DNA of 63,152 bases, counting the filler, from Saprolegnia diclina VS20 (taxonomy: Eukaryota): the NCBI RefSeq assembly GCF_000281045.1. It is 16 parts of 6 records of this genome, joined end to end, with 100 filler letters (N's around TTAATTAATTAA, not from the genome) between each part and the next. Parts side by side here need not be neighbours in the genome. Positions count along the whole stretch, not along the records: positions 22,257 to 27,888 come from NW_008246260.1; positions 27,989 to 36,227 come from NW_008246261.1; 14 more parts are not named here. One strand, written 5' to 3'. Positions 22,677 through 32,876 of this stretch are shown here, one piece after another. Below the pieces are notes generated by a model that did no database searches, was not told where the DNA came from, and saw only the letters and a list, made by a program, of their open reading frames with translations. Both the position numbers and the translations under genes were made by a program. The first letter of the stretch is position 1; each line of letters starts with the position of its first letter.

Positions 22677-24235
22677 CAAGGTGATACACGCTTTGGCTTG
22701 AGCGAAACGACCGAGTATTTCGCGCGTCACTCAGCCCCACGCCACCCGAGTCACTGGCCATCAAAAGCAACGCTTGTACTAGTACCTCTCAACGTGCAAG
22801 GTTCATTACCAGTGACATCGAAGGAGGAGCTCCATCCTCATAAAAGTCCAGTAATGTAGAAAATTAAAGACATATGAAAACAAAAAGCAAGGTCAAGGTG
22901 ACCTTGATGCACCCCCTCCGAATGATGCGGCGCCCCGAGCTCAGATGAGACTTTTGCCGTTTCGACATTGGAGACGGCGGAAGTACACATAGCAACTGAA
23001 AAACATTTTTCGTCGCGACCGAGTAGTCTACATACCTGGANNNNNNNNNNNNNNNNNNNNNNNNNNNNNNNNNNNNNNNNNNNNNNNNNNNNNNNNNNNN
23101 NNNNNNNNNNNNNNNNNNNNNNNNNNNNNNNNNNNNNNNNCAACTCTTCTACGCCACAACCTTAAAACTCAACGGGCTATTTACCGTAGCTTTATTCGAA
23201 GCCGGGTCGGTTTCGACCGGAGGCTCTCGACGACACCGTTGGCAGAGAACTGCGCCACTTCCATTTTTTTCAATTCTATTGGGAGCAAATGCGAAGCACT
23301 GCGGAATTTCGTGTCTACAAGTTGTAAACCCACTGCAATACATCTGTGCCTGAAAACAACACGGTTTAGTCTGTACAAATACTTGATGCGAGGCCAATAG
23401 CGATAAGATAACTCCAGCAGAGCGATTTTCAACTTGATAAAACTTGGCAGCGGCCGTGAAACTTGGCGACAGCAAAACTCGGAGTGTATTTGCATCAACT
23501 AGTCCGCCAGAATCAGGGCGTTTCAACCCAGCGTACAACTTTTTCGACAAATAAGCCATCCATGGCATCGGCATCGGAACAATCAGGGCAGAGATGGGTC
23601 ATCCAGTGCCTCGATTGAGAGGCGCAACCCTGACCGTACCTGAAACGAATGATCTCGGTTTCTGCCAGGCGAGCCGGGCAAGCGGTGTTGAGACCGGCTC
23701 GTGTGTCCGCTGGTGAGCCACAGACACTGCCAGACATGGCCCACCAACGGTTACACGGGTGGTTGTAAGCTCGGCGGCTAGTGCCGAAGACTAAGCGAGC
23801 TCGCGCTTCTCGCGAGCGCTCACTTTTTGGATTTGCCTCATAGTGGTCTCTGCTCTCGAAGCTTTCAGTGTGACAGCAGTTCGCGGAAACACCACCTCTA
23901 ACCCTAGCCCTGTGCTGCGAGTCAATAAAATCCAATCTTTCAACGCGGGCACACATAGTACATACGTATACCCACTACTATCAAAATGTCTTTAACGCTG
24001 CACTATTGTGCAATGGATGACAATGCAATGGCGTCGGGCAAACAGCAAACATCGAAAATGCGAGAATGAGGGTTTCTCGTCGTTACTGCCCAATCCCCTT
24101 TGACGGAACGCTGATATCTTAGCGATCTTAGCGATCTTAGCGATCCTGCCAACGGCAAATGCGACATGCTTTTAGAAACGACGGGATCGATCGAGTCCCC
24201 CACTTTGCATTGTCGCTTCCCTTTGCCCATCAAGC

Positions 24236-26716
24236 ATGCCGCCTCGGCCCGACCCTGACATCTACGCCACCGTCGTCCGCAGCGACGGCACATCAATGTC
24301 GGGACAGGAGCCCGAATCCCCTGGTGATAGGCTCAACATGAACGACGCGCCGAACGCGACGCTCATCGAAGACAAGGGCCAATCCGCACGTGGCAAATTC
24401 TACCGACCCGACATTGACGGTCTCCGAACCGTCGCGATCGTACCGGTCTTGCTCTTCCACGCGTACCCCGAGACGTTTACGAGTGGCTTTGTCGGCGTCG
24501 ACGTCTTCTTTGTCATCTCGGGTTTCCTCATCTCTGGCATCCTCTTCAAGGAAATGACGCGCGGCTCGTTTTCGTACAAGAGCTTTTACAGCCGCCGCAT
24601 TCGCCGCATCTTCCCGACGCTGCTCGCCGTCCTCTCGGCCACGTGGTGGCTTGGCGCCTTGTACTTGCTGGCCGCGCCGCTCAAGCGCCTCGCTGCCACA
24701 ATGCTCGCGGGCTCGCTCTTCAGCGCCAACCTCCAAGTGCTCTCGCTGGACATGGGCTACTTTGACGACAGCGTCCAGACCAACCCGCTTCTGCACCTCT
24801 GGTCGCTGGGCGTCGAGGAGCAGTTTTACATCTTTTGGCCGTTCGTGGCCAAGGTCGTGGCCTCGCTCGACGTCCGTCGCGCGCTATCGCTGCAAGTTGG
24901 TCTCGCCGCGCTGAGCTTTGGCCTCAATCTCGCGTTCCTCGGTTTCCGCGGCTCCAACAAGTATGCGTTCTACATGCCGCTGTGTCGGTTCTGGCAAATG
25001 GCTGTCGGGGGACTCGTCGCGTACGTCAGCGCGCCGCCAACGACCTCGATGGATCCGCTGGTCACGCGTGCCTCGGACATGCTGCGCACGCACGCGCGGT
25101 CGCTCACGGTTGCGGCCATGTTGCTGCTGACGGTGGCGTTTCTGGCGCTCGACGAGGCGAGTGCGTTCCCGGGGGCCTGGGCTCTCCTGCCGACCATCGC
25201 AGCCGCGCTTCTCATCGGTGTCGGTCCCACGACGTCACTTCACACGCACGTCTTGAGCGCATCGCCCATGATCCTTGTCGGCAAGCTCAGCTACGCCTTG
25301 TACCTCTGGCATTGGCCGCTTCTCGTGTTTGCCAAGGCGCGGTATCCGAACGCCGACACGCGACCGCTGTACATGGCGCCGGGCGCGATGCTTCTTGTGT
25401 CGTTGGTGCTAGCGTGGGTCTCGTACACGTCGATCGAGGCGCCGTTGCGGTCGCATCGATCCAAGAAGGTGGTGGTCGGCTTGGGTCTGGCGATGCTGGC
25501 CATGACGCTACTGGCCGCGTGCACGTATGCGATGCCGGCGCGCGTGTCGATGACGCAGATCGAGCTGGACGCCATGTTGGAAGAAGAAAACGCAGCGGTG
25601 ACGACGTCGCGTGGTGACACAACGTCGAGCGGTGCGGGTGTCAACGCGTCGGCGGAGTGGACGCAAGTGAAGGCGACGACAGTGACACCCGTGAACGTCT
25701 CGTCGACGACGGCACCGGCAGTGGTCGCAACGGCTACGACGGCAGGCAAGCCATCGGTACCCGTGAACGCCCCCGTTGTCACCACGACCGTCGTTGCTGC
25801 CTCGACAGCAGCTACCAAGAGTCAAAAGAAGACACTCAACTCGAGTCGGGGTCCGCGGTTGTCGCCACCGACGTACCTCAAGATCATGGCCGCCAAAGAC
25901 GACTGGCATCCCAACGTCGGGTACACACCGATGCCAGCGAGCTACCCCCTCGCACCAACGTCCCTGGACGCCATGGTCCTCAACGATGGTCACTTGGAGA
26001 ACACACTCGTGGTCATTGGTGACTCGCACGCCGACATGTGCAAGCCGCGGTTTGCGCAGCTCCTCGCCGAGCGCGGCCCGAGCCAGTTTCCGACCATCTT
26101 GTACAAGTCGTGGAACGGCACACCGGTGCTGTCATGTAACCCCGACGTGTATACGCCCAACTTGCGCATCGTTCAGACGCTCAAGCCCAAGGCACTCTTG
26201 CACGTTGCGCACTGGTACCAGTACTTGCAATGGAAGGGCGACCCCAACGCACCGGCCCACGCGACGCCCCCGTGCTGTGCAGCGGACAAGCTTGACACGT
26301 GCAAAACGATACAGAACCACGCCGACGTCCGCGCCATCATCGCTACCTTCCAGCAGGACTTGACGGAGATCACGCGTCTTGGCGTCAAGGTCTTTGTTGC
26401 GACCATGTCGCCGGCAGGGGACGCCTTTGACTTCAACCACATGCTCAAAGGCAACAGCGTCGGTGCTGTCGGTCCCGTGAGCCGACGTGCGTTCCGCGCC
26501 TCTCAGCAGCCGCTGCTCGGGATGATCGAAGACGCCGTCGTGGCCGCCAACGCGACGCTGATCGATTTTTCTGACAACCAGTGCGATGGCGACGTCTGCG
26601 AGGTGCTCGACCCCTACGGAAACCCGATCATGAAGGATCTGCACCACTTTCGACCAGCATATGCACGCAAGTACCTCGGTGTCCTTGACCAAGTCGTGGA
26701 TGCGGCGATGAGATAA
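24236..26716 (+). CDS. Acyltransferase-3 (OafA/OatA-like) membrane domain fused to an SGNH domain, intronless
   Basis: YRPDIDGLR..HA, GVDVFFVISGFLI, FYSRRIRRIFP, HLWSLGVEEQFY, SYALYLWHWP; about 11 TM segments; T/A/V-rich linker; SGNH motifs VIGDSHA and DLHH (DxxH). Confidence 0.95.
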   Translation: MPPRPDPDIYATVVRSDGTSMSGQEPESPGDRLNMNDAPNATLIEDKGQSARGKFYRPDIDGLRTVAIVPVLLFHAYPETFTSGFVGVDVFFVISGFLISGILFKEMTRGSFSYKSFYSRRIRRIFPTLLAVLSATWWLGALYLLAAPLKRLAATMLAGSLFSANLQVLSLDMGYFDDSVQTNPLLHLWSLGVEEQFYIFWPFVAKVVASLDVRRALSLQVGLAALSFGLNLAFLGFRGSNKYAFYMPLCRFWQMAVGGLVAYVSAPPTTSMDPLVTRASDMLRTHARSLTVAAMLLLTVAFLALDEASAFPGAWALLPTIAAALLIGVGPTTSLHTHVLSASPMILVGKLSYALYLWHWPLLVFAKARYPNADTRPLYMAPGAMLLVSLVLAWVSYTSIEAPLRSHRSKKVVVGLGLAMLAMTLLAACTYAMPARVSMTQIELDAMLEEENAAVTTSRGDTTSSGAGVNASAEWTQVKATTVTPVNVSSTTAPAVVATATTAGKPSVPVNAPVVTTTVVAASTAATKSQKKTLNSSRGPRLSPPTYLKIMAAKDDWHPNVGYTPMPASYPLAPTSLDAMVLNDGHLENTLVVIGDSHADMCKPRFAQLLAERGPSQFPTILYKSWNGTPVLSCNPDVYTPNLRIVQTLKPKALLHVAHWYQYLQWKGDPNAPAHATPPCCAADKLDTCKTIQNHADVRAIIATFQQDLTEITRLGVKVFVATMSPAGDAFDFNHMLKGNSVGAVGPVSRRAFRASQQPLLGMIEDAVVAANATLIDFSDNQCDGDVCEVLDPYGNPIMKDLHHFRPAYARKYLGVLDQVVDAAMR

Positions 26717-27199
26717 TGCTAGTTCTGATGCTACGGGTCCAAATGTTCAAGACACATAAGAAGACTATATATTTACTGCATACTAGTATAGTCGAGCTGC
26801 ATAACCTTGCTACCACGTTCCATATGAGCAAGGAATTAAGAGATATTCCCTTGCATATGAGGCGCGGTGCACCAACCGTAGAATGCCATTCGTGATTCGC
26901 AACGCTTTGCCTATATGACGTGGCAGCGTGCGCAGCGCGATCGCACACGGTTTCACATGTAACAATGACGTGGCGGCACGAGCGACCACGACACGGACGT
27001 GGTGTTTCAAGTCGAACAAACAAAGATTGCATGCTTGCACTGCCCATCACTGTAGAAAGCAAGGTGTGCGTCGTTCACGTTTCCGATTTGCGTACAGAGT
27101 CCAACGTCGCGTTGTAGTGTCCACTCGGCACGTTCGGTGCTACTACAGTGTACGGCAGCGTGTGCCAAGTAGCAGTGTCGCAGAAATACATAAGATTAG

Positions 27200-27888
27200 T
27201 CACGAAGTTCGGTGGTCGGCTTGGTACATGGCCATTCCCGCGCGGTGCAGACTGCCAATCGGGCGGTGCGCGGGCAAGGCATGCGACGCATCAAACACCA
27301 GTTTGTCGGCCAGGACCGCGCGCTCGGCCGTGCGAAACGACTGGCGCGGCAGCGTGAGGCGCGCGACGGTCACCGGTGGCGACGCGACTTCGGACCAGCG
27401 CACGCTGGCATCTTCGACGGGCATCGGGTGCTCGGGCGTGTCGCGGCGCGCTTGAATAGCAAAGTCAAACGTCACGTCTTCGCAATGCAGCTGTGCTTGC
27501 GCCTGAGTCGTGAGAAAGTCGTCGAGTACGGGCTTGACGCGGGGCACAGGCGCTGTTCGCGTCGGCATCAGCACATACTTGACCGCCTAAATGTACCATT
27601 TCGTAAGCAAATCCAATGGTTCTCGTCTCTACTACCATGGCCTCGCCAAACGCGAACGGCAGCGCGCTGTAGAACGGAATGTTGAGCAGCGACGACGGCA
27701 CAATGCGGGGTTTCGACAGCGCCTTGAGGCGGCGCCACTTGCCTTTGACGACCATCTTGGTCTTGAAGACCGCCGGCGAGTCGCGCAGGCTGTCGCGGAG
27801 GAGCTTGGCCGTGCCAAGAGCCACCGATGGGCTGCTCACGAGCAAAAAGTCCTGGCTACGGGGCTCGGTCGACTCGGGAATCTTGTCG
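27200..27888 (-). CDS. Catalase-like heme-domain protein (small bacterial y4iL/SrpA-like type), 3' part; intron 27587-27635
   Basis: SQDFLLVSSP..FYSALPFAFGEAM|AVKYVLMP..FDFAIQ..MPVEDASVRWSE..SPPVTVARLTLPRQ..LVFDASHALPAHRPIGSLHRAGMAMY. The proximal RxxxY region reads G-MAM-Y. Confidence 0.8.
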
Positions 27889-28022
27889 NNNNNNNNNNNN
27901 NNNNNNNNNNNNNNNNNNNNNNNNNNNNNNNNTTAATTAATTAANNNNNNNNNNNNNNNNNNNNNNNNNNNNNNNNNNNNNNNNNNNNGCAGAAATTTGG
28001 AGAACGCGATGTGATTGGCTAA

Positions 28023-28464
28023 GAGCTTCTCCACCCGTCCGCGCTATCCTACACTGGCTCTGTAAAATTTCCAAATATGTAAAAAAATACCGGGGAAATG
28101 CCCCACCGGTCCCTGTAAATCGCCCTGTATCTGTATAATTTTTACCGGGTGGAGCAAAAATTGGCCGAGCGCCCTGTATCCTGGTGCCCGATACAGGGCG
28201 CCCGGGCACCCTGGCTTTTTACCCGGTAAAATCGCGAATGACTCATATTTTGTATACTAGTCAAAAAATGAATACAAAATCGAATTTAAAGACGAAGTTC
28301 GAAGTTATCGACGCCATACAAATCGCGACTCCCGGCATCTTTTTACAGGGCGACCGGTGGGGCGTTTTGTTTTATCTTGCTCTGTATCGCGATATACAGA
28401 GCGAAATCGCCCGGTAAAAAAACCCAGAGCCAGTGTGGGATACGGGGAACCGGTGGAGATGCTC
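28023..28464. mobile_element. PIF/Harbinger (Tourist-like) MITE, 442 bp
   Basis: TAA target duplication (28020-28022, 28465-28467); ~40-bp imperfect TIRs GAGC(T/A)TCTCCACC..TATCC(T/C)ACACTGGCTCTG; non-coding A-tract-rich interior. Confidence 0.9.
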
Positions 28465-28575
28465 TAACAGGATTTTCCACGCAAGCCGCACTGGACCGAT
28501 CGCGAGGACAATACTGTCTATAATGTTAGCTCTATGCTTTAATAGCAGTCAACTCGGTACAATAATGTCTATAAT

Positions 28576-30258
28576 CTAAGTGGCAATCGGCCGGTACGGC
28601 ATGCGCACGCCATAGTTGCCAGCGCGCCCCATGGCCTCAGTCGTGTGACCCTTGTCGAAGAGAAGGTCGTTCGTGCCACTCCACAGCATCGTGCCTAGGA
28701 ACGAGTCAATATCAAGGGATGCCAGCCGACGCCAGTACCTTTGTACAGCGCAGAGCCATTGAAGGCGTTCTTGTAGGCTTGGCCGGGCGGCGGCATTGGC
28801 TCGACACACCCGAGGCTGCTGCACGCACCGAGCAAGAGCTTGTCGGCGCCAATCGCGGGGACCCAGTACTTGGGGATGCGGTGGTTCATCATCTCGTCGT
28901 AGTCGCCCTACACAATTAGCGTCACGCCGCACGAAGGAGAAGCGTGCATACGTTGGACGGCATGTTGTAATACATAATGTTGACCCAGTCGACAAGGTCC
29001 TTGATTTCGTTGGGAATGCAGCGCCGCCACCCGCCCTCGTAGACCTGCGAGCAGCCTGCGTAGCCGGGCGCCGGCTGGTCGTACGAGGTCGGAAACTCAT
29101 CCCACGTTAGCAAGTACTTGGGCTCGGTTGGTTTTCGAATCGCCTCCATACCTACACCGATAGCATTATTCTCTTTGCCATTCGCGAAATATCGATATTA
29201 CCGTCACGGAGACCGGCGAGGTACTTGAGCACTGTCGGGCTTTGGTTCTTGAGCCAGTCGTTGCGGGCCTCATGGGAGTTGCCCGTCTCATCGTCCATGT
29301 CGATGCCATCAAAGTCGAACCTACGCCACCCGTCGATCGATCGATTGTTGTCGATCGGGACTCGTACTTTTTCACTACGTCGATGGACGACTGGAGGAAA
29401 CGACCAAGGGCTTTCGGCTCTTGGAGCGAGAAGAACGAGTGACGCGAGTCAGCGCCGCCAATACTGACGAGTTGCTTGATGCAGCGCCTGGATATTGCAC
29501 ATCAGATGAGGAGCGCGACTTCCATTTGTGGTCGTCGGTGCGATTTCGTACATGCGAAGCTGGGCCATGCAGTGCATGATAGCTGCGTCGTCCCAATACT
29601 GGAGGGACTGCGCGACATTGCCCTTTTCATCGACCGTGGCAAAGGCCCAGTAGACGTGCGTGACGTAGCGCGTGCTCGGGTCGTTGACGAGCTACGAAGC
29701 ATGGCGTTGCCCTTCAATGGGTCGGCAGCAGCAGCGTGCACATACCATGGCGCAGTCCTTTTGGGTTTCCCAAAAGACGGCAAAGACGCGGTCGTTGGGC
29801 GTCGCCGCGGGGCACGTTTGGCAGTCGTCGTGCATCGGGTCCTACGTTTGGATTGAGTTGCGGCGACAGAGTTGGTAGCGTACGTAGTATTCGTGCCGGT
29901 GGCATTTGCGCACTTTGCGCTCGAGTTCTCGCCACGGAATCTCGTGGTGCACGGCCAAGCAGCTCTCGCCAAGCACGTTCTCTTCGGCGTATGCGCTCGA
30001 GTGGAGTGGCTCGTCGAGGCAGTAAGTTTGGACGAGGCCTGCAAAGCCGTAGCTGACACCGGCGAGCATCGCAACTAGACAACCGGATCAGTGCCTATGG
30101 TAGACGAAGCGAGACGCACGGCCAAGAAGGAGGGGCCACGCGTGGCGGTACGTGGCCTCGAACCGCTTCTCCTCGAGCATCGGCTTGGCTTCCGACAGGA
30201 TCGGGATCGACCGCCGCGACATGGGCGTCGAGGACATGGACGGGTTGGTTGACGCCAT
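28576..30258 (-). CDS. GH18 chitinase-like protein with N-terminal signal-anchor, multiple short introns
   Basis: Exons give THVYWAFA, LVSIGGA, FDFDGIDMDDE (DxxDxDxE at ~29287-29310), WVNIMYYN, DKLLLG and GTMLWS; hydrophobic segment near the N-terminus. Confidence 0.85.
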
Positions 30259-31805
30259 GATGCGATATGGCGAAATGACACCTAGCTGCAGAGGCAGCGA
30301 CCACTCTTGCAGGAAAAGACAGATGGGCACTTCGCGCCATCGTGAGCAGACAGTCCTTGCATGTGGATGTTGACATGATCCTGTACTTCGATTGCCCCTT
30401 GTGTGCACTGGGTTGCGCGCGAGATAGGATGGTGCTTGCGCTTCGGTGGGTTGAAGTTTATTGAACAAGAGCTTGAATGACAAGTGTACACTGGCGAGGC
30501 TTTCAGCGAAGCACAGCGCAACGTCACCCTGGCCACCTGGTGCATGCTCATCCACCCAACTGCATTACATCACGTGAGGTAGCGCCAGGGCAAATGGACC
30601 TGCCTCCACGCCGGTTCACGCCGGCGAAACACGATTAACTAAGCTACTTGATGCTTTCTTGACGCATGATAAGGGACATCGCTCGTCTGCTCAAATAGCG
30701 ACGAGAGAGTTGGGTTTTGCACTACAGTGTACTGTCAGCTCTCCGGCCTTTCTAGCCGACAGGCCGGTATTCCGCTATAGACCTCTTATAGCCGACATGT
30801 ATGCCTTGCATGGCCAAGGCAAGGACCAAAAACGCAGTTAAGAAGCTCCTTTTGAATTTTGTTGGACTTGTGATTGTCGACCACACTTGTTGCTGGCTGA
30901 TCTCCCAAGAGTTTTCCGCCACCTCGAATCTCAATCTCAATCTCAACGGATTTTGAATCTCGTTCGACGCGCGCCACACGACTCTGGTTTTATCGACTGT
31001 CGACGTGGCGCCAACACATTACTGCATACTTGGACGACGCAGTTGTCCTTGACGTCGTATAGAAGCATCAAAGTCCATGTCCCTGACGCCCGTATCAGGC
31101 GCCGACAGCTATGTCATTTGCGCCTGCAGTTTCTTCGCGCTGCAGCCGCCGAATCTACGGTCGCAAGCGTGCTCCAGCTTCTTCGTTGAAGGGGCACAGC
31201 GCGTGCAGAACAGAAGTCCACCGTGTGCTTGTACCTCGAGAGGGACCCTCAGGTACAGGTATAGTCCTCGCACGTCATCATGTTTGACAACGCAAATGAC
31301 TTTGCCTACATTGGCAATCAATCTCCAGGCGAGAACGGACCGTACAACACCCCGAAGACTGCGTTGAAGCTGCGAACAAGAAGATCGTTGCATCCGCTTG
31401 CCGCTTCTATTGTGCCACGTAGTTGAAGTCGTGGCGCGAGGCTACTCATTTTTAAAATTTATCAGCTTTGACCCAATGTAATTCGATATCTCCTGAAGAC
31501 ACAAAGGTTCTCGGCCTACCAGTGACCACGAGATCGCCCCGTGACTCGACTTGTGGCACCTCGAGAAGCTGTGCATGTGATACAACTGCCTGGACGCTCG
31601 ACGGCAATAGCTCGCACGCGTCAGTCGTATCAAGTGGTTGTGACGTCGAATCTAGATGCAATTGCATACGAAACCACATTTCGGTCCAGAGTCTGGTCAC
31701 GCCTCAGACAATGTAGCGTTCTCTAGAGTATTGCATGCTTTGGAAGAACGCACTGGGCGGGAACGGCCGTGTGGAGCTCCATCGGCGCTGCCACGTGCGA
31801 CGGTC

Positions 31806-32876
31806 ATGGGAAATTCCGCGAGCTGTGTCGGTTTCGTATCCGGATATCCGGATAAAGACGTGACACGGGAGCATCATGGCATCGCTTCATTCCGGTTTTT
31901 TCGTTTCCAAATCTTTATGACGCAGGCCAGCAACCTCCACGAGGTGCTGCAGGCGACGGGCGACGAGGTCGAGATCCTCCGCGCGCTCCTGCGCTGGAGC
32001 GAGCAGAAGGCGACGTCAACCTACTCGAGCGTCAAGCAGCACGAGTACCCGGTCGTGGGCCATCTCTTGACAGCGACCGAGTCGGTCGCCAAGCGCGTGA
32101 ACGCGACCGGCTGGCTCGGGTCGCTCTACGGCTACGTCGACCCTGTCGCGGCCAAGATTGACCAGACGCTGAGCCGCCACGTGCTCAGTACCATAAGCCT
32201 CCTTCTGCAAGCCAACGAGCCATTGTCGCCGACGACCAAGTCGCGGTCGATCAACTTTGCGCCACGAGGCGTGCCTGCAGCCGCGCCCGTCGCGGACGAG
32301 TCGACAAAAGAGCTGCAACTCGAACTTGAGACACTACGATCGGTCTTGCGCATGATCCGCCAAGAAAACCAAGGGCTGCGCCATCTCGAGATGGAGCTAG
32401 AAGTGCTTCGATCGACCTTGCAGCGCTTCCACGGCGAGAACGAGGAGCTGCTCCAAGCCAACACGGCAGCCACGATCAAGACCCGCCACCTCGAGTCTGA
32501 GATTGCGACGCTCCATGCGGCTGTAGCGGCCGCCCGCGCCGACGCGACCGCTGCCGCAAACGAGACAGGCGAGGCCAACGCCCGTGCCAAGGCCCTCGAT
32601 GCCGACGTCGAATCGCTCCGCGCATCGCTCGAGTCGCTCCGGCAAACAAACGCAACGCTGCAGCAAGAGTTGATCGACGTGCACACATATCGCGCGTCCA
32701 AGGACGGCCAGACCGTCGCCGAGCTCGAGGCGCTCCTCGCCGAGAGCAACGTTCAAAATGCATTATTGGAAGCCGAAAACAAGCAGCTCAAGGTCGCGCG
32801 TGCACGCGGCTCGTCAGGCGCGCAAAAGCAAAAGCACTTGGCTCGGACGCAGAGCATGAATATGACTGGCCTCTAG
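31806..32876 (+). CDS. Coiled-coil protein with N-myristoylation-like start (MGNSASC)
   Basis: Long open frame, heptad-rich C-terminal half, internal repeat LELETLRS/MELEVLRS; start site uncertain. Confidence 0.7.
   Translation: MGNSASCVGFVSGYPDKDVTREHHGIASFRFFRFQIFMTQASNLHEVLQATGDEVEILRALLRWSEQKATSTYSSVKQHEYPVVGHLLTATESVAKRVNATGWLGSLYGYVDPVAAKIDQTLSRHVLSTISLLLQANEPLSPTTKSRSINFAPRGVPAAAPVADESTKELQLELETLRSVLRMIRQENQGLRHLEMELEVLRSTLQRFHGENEELLQANTAATIKTRHLESEIATLHAAVAAARADATAAANETGEANARAKALDADVESLRASLESLRQTNATLQQELIDVHTYRASKDGQTVAELEALLAESNVQNALLEAENKQLKVARARGSSGAQKQKHLARTQSMNMTGL

Noticed and set aside
24115..24145. Short tandem (ATCTTAGCG)x3, and similar 2-3-copy repeats at ~9070, ~12835 and ~30927
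   Set aside because: Ordinary slippage duplications with no evidence of function.
14197..30258. Functional gene cluster of oxidase, acyltransferase, catalase-like protein and chitinase
   Set aside because: The genes are separated by artificial spacers, so linkage is unproven except for the acyltransferase/catalase-like pair.
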